The notes: generated by a model not told the origin, from the letters alone. 64,000 nucleotides of DNA from Escherichia coli (GCF_045037415.1 NZ_CP173438.1); one strand, 5' to 3'. Shown: positions 8,757 through 26,336, numbered from the stretch's first letter. Translations and numbers: made by a program.

Positions 8757-11201
8757 ATGATGATTTTGAGTATTCTCGCTACGGTTGTCCTGCTCGGCGC
8801 GTTGTTCTATCACCGCGTGAGCTTATTTATCAGCAGTCTGATTTTGCTCGCCTGGACAGCCGCCCTCGGCGTTGCGGGTCTGTGGTCGGCGTGGGTACTA
8901 GTGCCTCTGGCCATTATCCTCGTGCCATTTAACTTTGCGCCTATGCGTAAGTCGATGATTTCCGCACCGGTATTTCGCGGTTTCCGTAAGGTGATGCCGC
9001 CGATGTCGCGCACTGAGAAAGAAGCGATTGATGCGGGCACCACCTGGTGGGAGGGCGACTTGTTCCAGGGCAAGCCGGACTGGAAAAAGCTGCATAACTA
9101 TCCGCAGCCGCGCCTGACCGCTGAAGAGCAAGCGTTTCTCGACGGTCCGGTAGAAGAAGCCTGCCGGATGGCGAATGATTTCCAGATTACTCATGAGCTG
9201 GCGGACCTGCCGCCGGAGTTGTGGGCGTACCTTAAAGAGCATCGTTTCTTCGCGATGATCATCAAAAAAGAGTACGGCGGGCTGGAGTTCTCGGCTTATG
9301 CCCAGTCTCGTGTGCTGCAAAAACTCTCCGGCGTGAGCGGGATCCTGGCAATTACCGTCGGCGTGCCGAACTCATTAGGCCCGGGCGAGCTGCTGCAACA
9401 TTACGGCACTGACGAGCAGAAAAATCACTATCTGCCGCGTCTGGCGCGTGGTCAGGAGATCCCTTGCTTTGCACTGACCAGCCCCGAAGCGGGTTCCGAT
9501 GCGGGCGCGATTCCGGATACCGGGATTGTCTGCATGGGCGAATGGCAGGGCCAGCAGGTGCTGGGGATGCGTCTGACCTGGAACAAACGCTACATTACGC
9601 TGGCACCGATTGCGACCGTGCTGGGTCTGGCGTTTAAACTCTCCGACCCGGAGAAATTACTCGGCGGTGCAGAAGATTTAGGTATTACCTGTGCGCTGAT
9701 CCCGACCACCACGCCGGGCGTGGAAATTGGTCGTCGCCACTTCCCGCTGAACGTACCGTTCCAGAACGGACCGACGCGCGGTAAAGATGTGTTCGTGCCG
9801 ATCGATTACATCATCGGCGGGCCGAAAATGGCCGGGCAAGGCTGGCGGATGCTGGTGGAGTGCCTCTCGGTAGGCCGCGGCATCACCCTGCCTTCCAACT
9901 CAACCGGCGGCGTGAAATCGGTAGCGCTGGCAACGGGTGCGTATGCGCACATTCGCCGTCAGTTCAAAATTTCTATTGGTAAGATGGAAGGGATTGAAGA
10001 GCCGCTGGCGCGTATTGCCGGGAACGCCTACGTGATGGATGCTGCGGCATCGCTGATTACCTACGGCATTATGCTCGGTGAAAAACCCGCCGTGCTGTCG
10101 GCTATCGTTAAGTATCACTGTACCCACCGCGGGCAGCAATCGATTATCGACGCAATGGATATCACCGGGGGTAAAGGCATTATGCTCGGGCAGAGCAACT
10201 TCCTGGCCCGTGCTTACCAGGGGGCACCGATTGCCATCACCGTTGAAGGGGCAAATATTCTGACCCGTAGCATGATGATCTTCGGTCAGGGGGCGATTCG
10301 TTGCCATCCGTACGTGCTGGAAGAGATGGAAGCGGCGAAGAACAATGACGTAAACGCGTTCGATAAACTGCTGTTCAAACATATCGGTCACGTCGGTAGC
10401 AACAAAGTTCGCAGCTTCTGGCTGGGCCTGACGCGCGGTTTAACCAGCAGCACGCCAACCGGCGATGCCACTAAACGCTACTATCAGCACCTGAACCGCC
10501 TGAGCGCCAACCTCGCCCTGCTTTCTGATGTCTCGATGGCGGTGCTGGGCGGCAGCCTGAAACGTCGTGAGCGCATCTCAGCCCGTCTGGGGGATATTTT
10601 AAGCCAGCTTTACCTCGCCTCTGCCGTTCTGAAGCGTTATGACGACGAAGGCCGTAATGAAGCCGACCTGCCGCTGGTGCACTGGGGCGTACAGGATGCG
10701 CTGTATCAGGCAGAACAGGCGATGGACGATTTACTGCAAAACTTCCCGAACCGCGTGGTTGCCGGGCTGCTGAATGTGGTGATCTTCCCGACCGGACGTC
10801 ATTATCTGGCACCGTCTGACAAGCTGGATCATAAGGTGGCGAAGATTTTACAAGTGCCGAATGCCACCCGTTCACGTATTGGTCGCGGTCAGTACCTGAC
10901 TCCAAGCGAGCATAACCCGGTTGGTTTACTGGAAGAGGCGTTGGTGGATGTGATTGCCGCCGACCCGATTCATCAGCGGATCTGTAAAGAGCTGGGTAAA
11001 AATCTGCCATTTACCCGTCTGGATGAACTGGCGCACAACGCGCTGACGAAGGGGCTGATTGATAAAGATGAAGCCGCTATTCTGGTGAAAGCTGAAGAAA
11101 GCCGTCTGCGTAGTATTAACGTTGATGACTTTGATCCAGAAGAGCTGGCGACGAAGCCGGTAAAGTTGCCGGAGAAAGTGCGGAAAGTTGAAGCCGCGTA
11201 A
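8757..11201 (+). CDS. fadE: Acyl-CoA dehydrogenase FadE
   Basis: 814 aa from [14 protein letters not shown]; acyl-CoA dehydrogenase domains; ATG at 8757. Confidence 0.9.
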   Translation: MMILSILATVVLLGALFYHRVSLFISSLILLAWTAALGVAGLWSAWVLVPLAIILVPFNFAPMRKSMISAPVFRGFRKVMPPMSRTEKEAIDAGTTWWEGDLFQGKPDWKKLHNYPQPRLTAEEQAFLDGPVEEACRMANDFQITHELADLPPELWAYLKEHRFFAMIIKKEYGGLEFSAYAQSRVLQKLSGVSGILAITVGVPNSLGPGELLQHYGTDEQKNHYLPRLARGQEIPCFALTSPEAGSDAGAIPDTGIVCMGEWQGQQVLGMRLTWNKRYITLAPIATVLGLAFKLSDPEKLLGGAEDLGITCALIPTTTPGVEIGRRHFPLNVPFQNGPTRGKDVFVPIDYIIGGPKMAGQGWRMLVECLSVGRGITLPSNSTGGVKSVALATGAYAHIRRQFKISIGKMEGIEEPLARIAGNAYVMDAAASLITYGIMLGEKPAVLSAIVKYHCTHRGQQSIIDAMDITGGKGIMLGQSNFLARAYQGAPIAITVEGANILTRSMMIFGQGAIRCHPYVLEEMEAAKNNDVNAFDKLLFKHIGHVGSNKVRSFWLGLTRGLTSSTPTGDATKRYYQHLNRLSANLALLSDVSMAVLGGSLKRRERISARLGDILSQLYLASAVLKRYDDEGRNEADLPLVHWGVQDALYQAEQAMDDLLQNFPNRVVAGLLNVVIFPTGRHYLAPSDKLDHKVAKILQVPNATRSRIGRGQYLTPSEHNPVGLLEEALVDVIAADPIHQRICKELGKNLPFTRLDELAHNALTKGLIDKDEAAILVKAEESRLRSINVDDFDPEELATKPVKLPEKVRKVEAA

Positions 11202-11207
11202 TTGAAT

Positions 11208-11234
11208 AACGGAGCCGAAAGGCTCCGTTTTTTT
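11208..11234. terminator. Bidirectional rho-independent terminator between fadE and ivy
   Basis: AACGGAGCC-GAAA-GGCTCCGTT hairpin followed by T7; A-rich on the opposite side. Confidence 0.6.
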
Positions 11235-11243
11235 ATCGGCTAA

Positions 11244-11717
11244 TTATTTAAAATTAAAGCCATCCGGATGGTTTTCCAGGCTGCCGGTCAACGCCGCGAA
11301 CAGCACCGTTTTGCCATCAATCGAAAGCGCATCATTCACATTCAGCCAGGTGAGTTTCTCTTGCGACGTTTTCTCATCAATAGTCGAGAACAGCCCCGTC
11401 ATCTGATTAGATTTCTCGGACCACATCACAGCGATACGTTGCGAGCCACAGTCATGAGGTTTGCACGCGCTCATCACCTGATACGTCTCATCTCCCAATG
11501 TCACGGTTTGTGCGGGAGTATAAGTACCGCCTTTCATCACCCAGGCAGGCAGCTTATGCCCTTGCACCATCTGATTAAACGCCGCTTTGGTGGTTTCGCC
11601 CTTTGCAAGACTGCTAATGGTTAAATCATCCTGCGCCATTGCACTGGTGGCGATGACCAGAGCGGCGACTGTCGTTATTGCCTTAAACATCATTCCTCCC
11701 GGGCTTATCCTGCCCAT
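11244..11717 (-). CDS. ivy: Inhibitor of vertebrate lysozyme (periplasmic)
   Basis: 157 aa with signal peptide and CKPHDCG loop motif characteristic of Ivy. Confidence 0.9.
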   Translation of the reverse strand: MGRISPGGMMFKAITTVAALVIATSAMAQDDLTISSLAKGETTKAAFNQMVQGHKLPAWVMKGGTYTPAQTVTLGDETYQVMSACKPHDCGSQRIAVMWSEKSNQMTGLFSTIDEKTSQEKLTWLNVNDALSIDGKTVLFAALTGSLENHPDGFNFK

Positions 11718-11870
11718 GTGATTAACTCCCTAAAGCCTGGCGATAACACGATAATTTGCAAATCAGATATTTCCAATATCAGCATTTGTTATCAATTTAT
11801 TCTGCGCTAAGGCAACTGCCTGATAAGGTGTTAGAGTTATAAAACCCTTCGCATAAAGGAGTTGTACACC

Positions 11871-12641
11871 GTGCCTGGTTTGAAGATTACGCTTTTGCAG
11901 CAACCACTGGTGTGGATGGATGGTCCTGCCAACCTGCGCCATTTTGATCGTCAACTGGAAGGTATTACCGGGCGCGATGTGATCGTTCTACCGGAGATGT
12001 TTACCAGCGGCTTTGCCATGGAAGCGGCAGCTTCGTCGCTAGCACAAGATGACGTAGTGAACTGGATGACCGCTAAAGCGCAGCAGTGCAATGCGCTGAT
12101 TGCAGGCAGTGTTGCATTACAAACGGAGTCTGATTCGGTTAACCGCTTTTTGCTGGTTGAGCCGGGCGGCACGGTACATTTTTATGATAAGCGTCATCTG
12201 TTCCGCATGGCAGATGAGCATCTGCATTATAAAGCAGGCAATGAGCGAGTGATTGTGGAATGGCGCGGCTGGCGTATTTTACCGCTGGTGTGCTACGACT
12301 TACGTTTTCCGGTGTGGTCGCGCAATCTCAACGATTATGACCTCGCCATCTACGTTGCCAACTGGCCTGCACCGCGCTCTCTGCACTGGCAGGCATTACT
12401 GACAGCCCGCGCGATTGAGAATCAGGCGTATGTAGCGGGATGTAATCGCGTCGGCAGCGATGGCAACGGCTGCCATTATCGCGGTGACAGCCGGGTGATT
12501 AATCCACAAGGCGAGATTATCGCTACTGCCGACGCGCATCAGGCAACGCGCATTGATGCGGAGCTATCGATGATGGCATTGCGGGAATATAGAGAAAAGT
12601 TTCCGGCATGGCAGGATGCGGATGAGTTCACATTTCGTTAG
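11871..12641 (+). CDS. yafV: Nitrilase-superfamily omega-amidase / C-N hydrolase YafV
   Basis: 256 aa from a GTG start (MPGLKITLLQQ) with AAAGGA RBS; CN-hydrolase motifs (LPEMF, CYDLRFP). Confidence 0.85.
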   Translation: MPGLKITLLQQPLVWMDGPANLRHFDRQLEGITGRDVIVLPEMFTSGFAMEAAASSLAQDDVVNWMTAKAQQCNALIAGSVALQTESDSVNRFLLVEPGGTVHFYDKRHLFRMADEHLHYKAGNERVIVEWRGWRILPLVCYDLRFPVWSRNLNDYDLAIYVANWPAPRSLHWQALLTARAIENQAYVAGCNRVGSDGNGCHYRGDSRVINPQGEIIATADAHQATRIDAELSMMALREYREKFPAWQDADEFTFR

Positions 12642-12705
12642 AGGGTGAATATGGCTACGAGATAAGTTTCGTGGCTATTTTTCTCTGGAACTTAAACGAC
12701 GAAAT

Positions 12706-12727
12706 CCCGAATCAGTAATGATTCGGG
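12706..12727. terminator. Hairpin between yafV and tRNA-Asp (possible bidirectional terminator)
   Basis: CCCGAATC-AGTAAT-GATTCGGG perfect 8-bp stem with weak T tracts on both sides. Confidence 0.4.
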
Positions 12728-12739
12728 CTTTCTGAATAT

Positions 12740-12816
12740 TGGCGGAACGGACGGGACTCGAACCCGCGCCCCCCTGCGTGACAGGCAGGTATTCTAACCG
12801 ACTGAACTACCGCTCC
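12740..12816 (-). tRNA. aspV: tRNA-Asp (GUC), aspV-type copy with one variable-loop substitution
   Basis: 77-nt match to tRNA-Asp including CCA; differs from the copy at 20965-21041 only at 12769. Confidence 0.9.
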
Positions 12817-12948
12817 GCGTTGTGTTCCGTTGGGAACGAGGCGAATATTACGGATTGCCTCACCCTTCGTCAACGGTTTTTCTCATCTTTTGAATCGTTT
12901 GCTGCAAAAATCGCCCAAGTCGCTATTTTTAGCGCCTTTTACAGGTAT

Positions 12949-13680
12949 TTATGCCCGCCAGAGGCAGGTTCCGCCCTTCTTCTGCACCAGATCAAGACGG
13001 GCTTCATGTGCTGCAAGCTCTTCATCTGTCGCAAAAACAACGCGTAACTTACTTGCCTGACGCACAATGCGCTGAATTGTTGTTTCACCTTGTTGCTGTT
13101 GTGTCTCTCCTTCCATCGCAAAAGCCATCGACGTTTGACCACCGGTCATCGCCAGATAAACTTCCGCAAGGATCTGGGCATCGAGTAATGCCCCATGCAG
13201 CGTTCGTTTACTGTTATCTATTTCGTAGCGGGCACATAACGCATCGAGGCTGTTGCGTTTACCGGGAAACATTTTCCTCGCCACCGCAAGGCTATCGGTG
13301 ACCTTACAGAAGGTATTGGTCTTCGGAATATCGCGCTTAAGCAACGAAAACTCGTAGTCCATAAAGCCGATATCAAACGCTGCGTTATGGATCACCAACT
13401 CCGCGCCGCGGATATAGTCCATGAACTCATCGGCTACCTCGGCAAACGTGGGCTTATCGAGCAAAAATTCATCGGCAATACCATGTACGCCAAAGGCTTC
13501 CGGATCCACCAGCCGATCGGGTTTGAGATAAACATGGAAGTTATTGCCCGTCAGGCGACGGTTCACCACTTCAACGGCACCAATCTCAATGATCTTGTGG
13601 CCTTCATAGTGCGCACCAATCTGGTTCATACCGGTGGTTTCAGTATCGAGAACGATCTGGCGTGTAATTGCAGTGCTCAT
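12949..13680 (-). CDS. dnaQ: DNA polymerase III epsilon subunit (3'-5' proofreading exonuclease)
   Basis: 243 aa from [18 protein letters not shown]; DEDDh exonuclease motifs; divergent from rnhA. Confidence 0.92.
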   Translation of the reverse strand: MSTAITRQIVLDTETTGMNQIGAHYEGHKIIEIGAVEVVNRRLTGNNFHVYLKPDRLVDPEAFGVHGIADEFLLDKPTFAEVADEFMDYIRGAELVIHNAAFDIGFMDYEFSLLKRDIPKTNTFCKVTDSLAVARKMFPGKRNSLDALCARYEIDNSKRTLHGALLDAQILAEVYLAMTGGQTSMAFAMEGETQQQQGETTIQRIVRQASKLRVVFATDEELAAHEARLDLVQKKGGTCLWRA

Positions 13681-13744
13681 AGCGGTCATTTATGTCAGAC
13701 TTGTCGTTTTACAGTTCGATTCAATTACAGGAAGTCTACCAGAG

Positions 13745-14212
13745 ATGCTTAAACAGGTAGAAATTTTCACCGATGGTTCGTGTCTGGGTAATCCTGGACC
13801 TGGGGGTTACGGCGCTATTTTACGCTATCGCGGACGCGAGAAAACCTTTAGCGCTGGCTACACCCGCACCACCAACAACCGTATGGAGTTGATGGCCGCT
13901 ATTGTCGCGCTGGAGGCGTTAAAAGAACATTGCAAAGTCATTTTGAGTACCGACAGCCAGTATGTCCGCCAGGGTATCACCCAGTGGATCCATAACTGGA
14001 AAAAACGTGGCTGGAAAACAGCAGACAAAAAACCAGTAAAAAATGTCGATCTCTGGCAACGTCTTGATGCTGCTCTGGGGCAGCATCAAATCAAATGGGA
14101 ATGGGTTAAAGGCCATGCCGGACACCCGGAAAACGAACGCTGTGATGAACTGGCTCGTGCTGCGGCAATGAATCCCACACTGGAAGATACAGGCTATCAA
14201 GTCGAAGTTTAA
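13745..14212 (+). CDS. rnhA: Ribonuclease HI
   Basis: 155 aa from [23 protein letters not shown]; classic RNase H fold motifs. Confidence 0.92.
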   Translation: MLKQVEIFTDGSCLGNPGPGGYGAILRYRGREKTFSAGYTRTTNNRMELMAAIVALEALKEHCKVILSTDSQYVRQGITQWIHNWKKRGWKTADKKPVKNVDLWQRLDAALGQHQIKWEWVKGHAGHPENERCDELARAAAMNPTLEDTGYQVEV

Positions 14213-14931
14213 GCCTGTGGTTTACGACATTGCCGGGTGGCACCAACCGCCTGGCGAATTCGCGGTTTATTCTTGCTCTGTTTCATCGGATTTAGCGTTA
14301 AAGGAATAGTCCGTTTCCGGGCAACAATAAGTTGTAAGCAACCAAGCGCAGGAATATGCGCATTCAATAGTTTTCCTCCGTGTTTGTTCCACGGGAGAAC
14401 GTGGAAACGGCTGGCGTGTAGCACTTCAAAATTCAACAAAGAGAGCCAGTCCAGCTGCCGCATCAGAGTAAACATCCGGCTGTTATAGGGCGATGTTTTG
14501 CGCAATACCGGCACAAGTTTGCGTAATCCCATTAAACTGATGGGATTGAAGCCACTAATCACCAGCCAACCATCATCAATCAGTACCCGATCGGCTTCAC
14601 GCAATAAACGATGCGGATCAGTGCACCACGGCAATGTATGTGCCAGTAGACAAACATCAACGGATTTATCGGCAAAAGGAAGATGAAGTGGGTCCGCCTG
14701 CACCTGGACGGGCATTCCTTGCGCAGAAACATTCACTTGATGAGAAACCGCGCACGCTTCGCAATTGATTTCTGCGCTTAAATTGCCAATCTTAAGCAGA
14801 TGAAAACCATACATTTTAGTGAACCACGGGTTGAGCTGACGCTCCAGCGCCTTGCGATAAAGCTCTCCCCAGGGCAAATCGCCCCAGCAATCAGGAGCCA
14901 CGACAGTTTGAGGGACTCTTGCCGGTTTCAT
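14209..14931 (-). CDS. yafS: SAM-dependent methyltransferase-like protein YafS
   Basis: 240 aa from [10 protein letters not shown]; ATG at 14929-14931; stop overlaps the rnhA stop (convergent). Confidence 0.8.
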   Translation of the reverse strand: MKPARVPQTVVAPDCWGDLPWGELYRKALERQLNPWFTKMYGFHLLKIGNLSAEINCEACAVSHQVNVSAQGMPVQVQADPLHLPFADKSVDVCLLAHTLPWCTDPHRLLREADRVLIDDGWLVISGFNPISLMGLRKLVPVLRKTSPYNSRMFTLMRQLDWLSLLNFEVLHASRFHVLPWNKHGGKLLNAHIPALGCLQLIVARKRTIPLTLNPMKQSKNKPRIRQAVGATRQCRKPQA

Positions 14932-14961
14932 CACAACCTTCCGTTTCACACTGAGAGGTAA

Positions 14962-15720
<759 letters not shown>

Positions 15721-15791
15721 TAAAACTTTCTTGTCATCGGCTCCGTTCGCCGTTATGATCGGTCGTCTTTTAAGCAACTATTGACACACAC

Positions 15792-17150
15792 ATGAAGGCA
15801 AAAGCGATATTACTCGCCTCTGTCCTGCTCGTGGGTTGCCAGAGCACCGGCAACGTTCAACAGCACGCACAGAGCCTTTCTGCAGCTGGTCAAGGGGAAG
15901 CAGCAAAGTTTACAAGTCAGGCACGATGGATGGACGATGGGACGTCTATCGCGCCAGATGGTGACTTGTGGGCTTTCATTGGCGACGAGCTAAAGATGGG
16001 AATTCCGGAAAACGACCGGATTCGCGAACAGAAACAGAAATATTTACGCAATAAGAGCTATCTCCACGATGTAACTTTACGGGCAGAGCCGTATATGTAC
16101 TGGATAGCCGGGCAAGTTAAAAAACGTAACATGCCTATGGAACTGGTACTACTACCCATAGTGGAGAGCGCTTTTGATCCTCACGCAACGTCTGGCGCCA
16201 ATGCCGCGGGCATCTGGCAGATCATTCCGAGCACGGGGCGCAATTATGGTTTGAAACAGACCCGCAATTATGACGCGCGTCGCGATGTTGTTGCTTCAAC
16301 AACTGCCGCGCTGAACATGATGCAGCGTCTGAACAAGATGTTTGACGGCGACTGGCTTCTGACCGTAGCGGCTTATAACAGCGGCGAAGGTCGGGTCATG
16401 AAGGCAATTAAAACGAACAAAGCGCGTGGGAAATCCACGGACTTCTGGTCGTTACCGTTGCCGCAGGAAACGAAGCAGTACGTGCCTAAAATGCTGGCAT
16501 TGAGTGATATTCTCAAAAACAGCAAGCGTTATGGCGTACGTCTGCCAACGACCGATGAAAGCCGTGCTCTGGCACGTGTGCACCTGAGCAGCCCGGTTGA
16601 AATGGCGAAGGTTGCAGATATGGCGGGGATTTCCGTCAGCAAGCTGAAGACATTCAACGCAGGCGTGAAAGGCTCCACGCTGGGCGCAAGTGGTCCGCAG
16701 TACGTGATGGTGCCAAAGAAGCATGCAGATCAACTGCGTGAATCTCTGGCTTCAGGCGAAATTGCTGCTGTACAGTCGACGCTGGTTGCCGACAATACGC
16801 CACTTAACAGCCGTGTTTACACCGTACGCTCTGGCGACACGCTTTCAAGTATCGCTTCACGTCTCGGCGTAAGCACCAAAGATTTGCAGCAGTGGAACAA
16901 ACTGCGCGGATCTAAGCTGAAGCCAGGCCAAAGTTTGACGATTGGTGCAGGCAGTAGCGCACAGCGACTGGCAAACAACAGCGATAGCATTACGTATCGT
17001 GTGCGCAAAGGCGATTCGCTTTCAAGCATTGCTAAACGCCACGGCGTGAACATCAAAGATGTAATGCGCTGGAACAGCGACACTGCGAATCTGCAACCAG
17101 GCGATAAGCTGACGTTGTTTGTGAAAAACAACAACATGCCAGATTCCTGA
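15792..17150 (+). CDS. mltD: Membrane-bound lytic murein transglycosylase D
   Basis: 452 aa lipoprotein (LLVGC lipobox), SLT domain and C-terminal LysM repeats (YTVRSGDTLSSIA, YRVRKGDSLSSIA). Confidence 0.9.
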   Translation: MKAKAILLASVLLVGCQSTGNVQQHAQSLSAAGQGEAAKFTSQARWMDDGTSIAPDGDLWAFIGDELKMGIPENDRIREQKQKYLRNKSYLHDVTLRAEPYMYWIAGQVKKRNMPMELVLLPIVESAFDPHATSGANAAGIWQIIPSTGRNYGLKQTRNYDARRDVVASTTAALNMMQRLNKMFDGDWLLTVAAYNSGEGRVMKAIKTNKARGKSTDFWSLPLPQETKQYVPKMLALSDILKNSKRYGVRLPTTDESRALARVHLSSPVEMAKVADMAGISVSKLKTFNAGVKGSTLGASGPQYVMVPKKHADQLRESLASGEIAAVQSTLVADNTPLNSRVYTVRSGDTLSSIASRLGVSTKDLQQWNKLRGSKLKPGQSLTIGAGSSAQRLANNSDSITYRVRKGDSLSSIAKRHGVNIKDVMRWNSDTANLQPGDKLTLFVKNNNMPDS

Positions 17151-17169
17151 CAAACCAGATAATAAAAAA

Positions 17170-17196
17170 GGCACCGATTCCCCCGGTGCCTTTTTT
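17170..17196. terminator. Bidirectional rho-independent terminator between mltD and yafE
   Basis: GGCACCG...CGGTGCC stem flanked by A6 and T6 runs. Confidence 0.6.
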
Positions 17197-17198
17197 AT

Positions 17199-17969
17199 TT
17201 ATGCCGCTTTATGTGCTTCTAGCATGATGATATCACTGGTGAAAGAGCCATCATTCTGCAAGGCAAAATACGTTTTCACCTCTGTCGATGCGCTCTGTTG
17301 GTAAATGCGAATAGCGTCTACTAACGCTTCTGGCGTACGCATTCTCGCTACCCATGAAGAAAATTCCAGCGGTAACTTATCTGTAATTAAATTATCAACT
17401 ATCAGATTGGCTTCACTGATTAACGTCAACCACTCACCGCTGGCGTGGTTCCGTATGTGAGATGTATCGCGTAATGCTTCTACCGTCTGTAACCAGATGT
17501 CGCGCACTGGGTGACCCGGAGACATTACGTCCATCACAATCAGCAGACCACCGGGTTTCAATACCCGGTTCACTTCACGCAATGCTGCACCAACATCATG
17601 CCAATGATGGGCAGAATAACGGCTGATAACAATATCAAATGCGTTATCGGCAAATGGCAGGCTTTCGACATAACCCTGGCGGGTGGTGATATTTTTCAGT
17701 TGCCGGGCTTCGGCAGCTTGTGCCACGACATCCAGCATATGGGCAGATAAGTCATACGCCACCACCGTGCTCACGTTTTGCGCAGCGACAAAGCTGGCAT
17801 GCCCTGCTCCGCAGCCCATATCAAGTACACTTGCATCAGGATAATCAGCCAGACGCACCGCCAGACGCTGTAAATCTTGTCCGGATGCATGTACGGTACT
17901 GGTCAGATATTCGCTGGCTTGAGAGCTAAACTGCTTTTCTACGTGGTCATGGTGGGATTGTGTTGTCAT
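17199..17969 (-). CDS. yafE: Class I SAM-dependent methyltransferase YafE
   Basis: 256-aa ORF with SAM-binding motif I (VLDMGCGAGH); the true start may be internal. Confidence 0.75.
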   Translation of the reverse strand: MTTQSHHDHVEKQFSSQASEYLTSTVHASGQDLQRLAVRLADYPDASVLDMGCGAGHASFVAAQNVSTVVAYDLSAHMLDVVAQAAEARQLKNITTRQGYVESLPFADNAFDIVISRYSAHHWHDVGAALREVNRVLKPGGLLIVMDVMSPGHPVRDIWLQTVEALRDTSHIRNHASGEWLTLISEANLIVDNLITDKLPLEFSSWVARMRTPEALVDAIRIYQQSASTEVKTYFALQNDGSFTSDIIMLEAHKAA

Positions 17970-18046
17970 TGCGCTGTCCTTTTGTTATTTGAGTATAAAA
18001 GGGCAGCGCCAAACGTTGGTCTGCCCTGTGGCAGACCTGACATACC

Positions 18047-18898
<852 letters not shown>

Positions 18899-19087
18899 CT
18901 ACTGTTATAGGGATTTTAGCTCACTCTTTCAACGAGCAATTGTATATTGTTATGTAAGCAAGTGCTTACACCGGTCAGGATTTTGCTCATTATTGAGAAC
19001 ATTAAATCGGATGGCATATCTCGCATCCTGATGGTTTAATGACAAATAAATTCAAAATATCTCTTCTATTTTGCAACAGGAGCAAAA

Positions 19088-20002
19088 ATGAAAGCCACGT
19101 CGGAAGAACTCGCCATTTTTGTTTCAGTCGTCGAAAGCGGCAGCTTTAGCCGGGCAGCGGAACAATTAGGGCAAGCAAACTCAGCGGTAAGCCGGGCGGT
19201 GAAAAAGCTGGAGATGAAACTTGGCGTTAGCCTGCTTAATCGGACCACGCGGCAACTTAGCCTGACGGAAGAAGGCGAGCGTTATTTTCGTCGCGTACAG
19301 TCAATTTTGCAGGAGATGGCAGCGGCAGAATCAGAAATTATGGAGACGCGTAATACACCGCGTGGACTGTTACGGATCGATGCCGCAACTCCAGTGGTGC
19401 TGCACTTTCTGATGCCGTTGATTAAGCCTTTTCGTGAACGCTATCCGGAAGTCACTTTATCGCTAGTCTCCTCCGAAACGATTATTAATTTGATCGAAAG
19501 AAAAGTGGATGTCGCGATACGCGCCGGTACGTTAACGGATTCCAGCTTACGTGCCAGGCCGCTATTTAACAGTTATCGAAAAATTATCGCCTCCCCCGAT
19601 TATATTTCCCGCTACGGGAAGCCAGAAACGATCGACGATTTAAAGCAACATATTTGCCTGGGATTCACTGAACCCGCTTCCCTCAATACCTGGCCGATAG
19701 CCTGTAGCGATGGACAATTACATGAGGTTAAGTACGGTTTGTCATCCAATAGTGGGGAAACACTGAAACAGCTTTGCCTGAGTGGCAACGGGATTGCGTG
19801 TTTGTCCGACTACATGATCGACAAAGAAATCGCTCGCGGAGAATTGGTGGAGTTAATAGCAGATAAAGTGTTGCCAGTAGAAATGCCATTCAGTGCAGTC
19901 TATTACAGCGACCGTGCGGTAAGTACGCGCATCCGGGCTTTTATCGATTTCCTTAGCGAGCATGTAAAAACAGCTCCCGGAGGAGCTGTCAGAGAGGCTT
20001 AA
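19088..20002 (+). CDS. yafC: LysR-family transcriptional regulator YafC
   Basis: 304 aa; N-terminal HTH ([23 protein letters not shown]) and LysR substrate-binding domain. Confidence 0.8.
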   Translation: MKATSEELAIFVSVVESGSFSRAAEQLGQANSAVSRAVKKLEMKLGVSLLNRTTRQLSLTEEGERYFRRVQSILQEMAAAESEIMETRNTPRGLLRIDAATPVVLHFLMPLIKPFRERYPEVTLSLVSSETIINLIERKVDVAIRAGTLTDSSLRARPLFNSYRKIIASPDYISRYGKPETIDDLKQHICLGFTEPASLNTWPIACSDGQLHEVKYGLSSNSGETLKQLCLSGNGIACLSDYMIDKEIARGELVELIADKVLPVEMPFSAVYYSDRAVSTRIRAFIDFLSEHVKTAPGGAVREA

Positions 20003-20802
20003 TCCCATTCAGGAGCCAGACCTTCCGGGCTAACCAGGCGGTCGTTGCAATCCAGTGCGGCGATCGCTTTTTTATCTTCGGCATCAAGCTGTAAATTTTG
20101 TGCCTTAAGATTACTCTCCAGGTTTTCACGTTTAGTAGAAGAAGGAATTACTGAGTAACCTTCCCCCATAGCCCACGCCAGAATCACTTGAGCCGGAGTC
20201 GCATTGTGTTTAGCTGCAATACGAGCAATAACCTCATCTTTCAGTGCCTTGCCATACGCCAGCGTCATATAGGAAGTAATATGGATACTGTGCTGTTTAG
20301 CCCAAGCGACCACTTTACGGTTTTGCAGATAAGGAGAGAGTTCAATCTGGTTAGTAGCGATGTTTTCAGCGCCAACAGCAGCAATCGCTTTTTCCATCAA
20401 TGGGATCGTAAAGTTGGAAATACCGATCTCACGCGTCAGCCCTTGTTTTTTGGCTTCCAGCAGCGCCTGCATAAACTCTTCAACAGAGACTTCATCGTTT
20501 GGTGACGGCCAGTGGATTAGCGTCAGATCAACATAATCGGTACGCAATTTTTGCAGGCTCTCTTTCAGACTCGGGATCAATTTGTCTTTGCTGAGATTTT
20601 CAATCCAGATTTTAGTGGTGATGTGGAGTTCATGACGTGGCACGCCACTTTCTGCAATCGCCTGACCTACTGCGGCTTCGTTATCATAGATTTGTGCGTT
20701 ATCAATTGCGCGATAATCAAGTTCAAGCGCCGTTTTCACAGATGAAATAACAACGTCGTCTTTCAGACGGAAAGTGCCTAAACCAAATGCAGGGATAGCC
20801 AT
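19999..20802 (-). CDS. dkgB: 2,5-diketo-D-gluconate reductase B (aldo-keto reductase)
   Basis: 267 aa from [13 protein letters not shown]; AKR family motifs; convergent 4-nt stop overlap with yafC. Confidence 0.85.
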   Translation of the reverse strand: MAIPAFGLGTFRLKDDVVISSVKTALELDYRAIDNAQIYDNEAAVGQAIAESGVPRHELHITTKIWIENLSKDKLIPSLKESLQKLRTDYVDLTLIHWPSPNDEVSVEEFMQALLEAKKQGLTREIGISNFTIPLMEKAIAAVGAENIATNQIELSPYLQNRKVVAWAKQHSIHITSYMTLAYGKALKDEVIARIAAKHNATPAQVILAWAMGEGYSVIPSSTKRENLESNLKAQNLQLDAEDKKAIAALDCNDRLVSPEGLAPEWD

Positions 20803-20923
20803 AATATGCCTCTTTTAATGCTATTTTCGTTAACTGAGGTGATTATGGGCTTCAGACTGTTGCGGAAAAATGGCGTAAAACGCAGAGGATTTTTGCGATT
20901 TTGGCAATAATAGAAATACAAAC

Positions 20924-20952
20924 GAAAAAAAACCTCGAGCGTTAACTCGAGG
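20924..20952 (-). terminator. Rho-independent terminator at the distal end of the rRNA operon (after tRNA-Asp)
   Basis: On the minus strand CCTCGAG-TTAACG-CTCGAGG hairpin followed by T8. Confidence 0.6.
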
Positions 20953-20964
20953 CTTCTTAGTAAG

Positions 20965-21041
20965 TGGCGGAACGGACGGGACTCGAACCCGCGACCCCCT
21001 GCGTGACAGGCAGGTATTCTAACCGACTGAACTACCGCTCC
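20965..21041 (-). tRNA. aspU: tRNA-Asp (GUC), distal gene of the rrnH-type operon
   Basis: Exact 77-nt match to remembered E. coli tRNA-Asp including CCA. Confidence 0.95.
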
Positions 21042-21093
21042 ACCGAATTCTTTTACAACCACCGGTTTTATGACCGGCTTACTGCTTAATTTG

Positions 21094-21213
21094 ATACCTG
21101 GCAGTTCCCTACTCTCGCATGGGGAGACCCCACACTACCATCGGCGCTACGGCGTTTCACTTCTGAGTTCGGCATGGGGTCAGGTGGGACCACCGCGCTA
21201 AGGCCGCCAGGCA
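21094..21213 (-). rRNA. rrfH: 5S ribosomal RNA
   Basis: 120-nt match to E. coli 5S rRNA with about three substitutions relative to the commonest copy. Confidence 0.92.
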
Positions 21214-21313
21214 AATTCTGTTTTATCAACACGTCCCGTTATGACCTGTCGATTTAATCTGCTATCAAGCTTACTTATCGATGTCTCTTCCGCCAAAACA
21301 TCTTCGGCGTTGT

Positions 21314-24217
<2,904 letters not shown>

Positions 24218-24400
24218 TCACAACCCGAAGATGTTTCTTGCGATTCATCATCGTGTTGCGAAAATTTGAGAGACTCACGAACAACTCTCGTTGTTCAGTG
24301 TTTCAATTTTCAGCTTGATCCAGATTTTTAAAGAGCAAAACTTCGCAGTGAACCTTTGCAGGTACACTCTGAAGTATTTTTTATTTAATCACTACAGAGA

Positions 24401-24476
24401 TGGTGGAGCTATGCGGGATCGAACCGCAGACCTCCTGCGTGCAAAGCAGGCGCTCTCCCAGCTGAGCTATAGCCCC
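24401..24476 (-). tRNA. alaV: tRNA-Ala (UGC), 16S-23S spacer
   Basis: Exact 76-nt match to tRNA-Ala(UGC) with CCA. Confidence 0.95.
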
Positions 24477-24518
24477 ATAACATGTAGTTAAAACCTCTTC
24501 AAATTTGCGGTGCAAATT

Positions 24519-24595
<77 letters not shown>

Positions 24596-24663
24596 GTAGA
24601 GGTTTTACTGCTCATTTTCATCAGACAATCTGTGTGAGCACTTCAAAGTACGCTTCTTTAAGG

Positions 24664-26205
<1,542 letters not shown>

Positions 26206-26336
26206 AAAAGTTTGATGCTCGTGAATTAAACTTCGTAATGAATTACGTGTTCACTCAGAGACTTGAGTATTCATTTTTCGTCTTGCGACGTCAAGAATCC
26301 GTATCTTCGAGTGCCCACACAGATTGTCTGATAAAT

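Noticed and set aside
12739-13142. ORFs of 67-116 aa covering tRNA-Asp and the dnaQ 3' end
   Set aside because: They overlap a bona fide tRNA gene and the antisense strand of dnaQ.
21094-21213. Two or three substitutions in the 5S rRNA relative to the commonest E. coli 5S sequence
   Set aside because: E. coli rrn operons are known to show minor 5S heterogeneity; without a reference comparison this cannot be separated from ordinary operon-to-operon variation.
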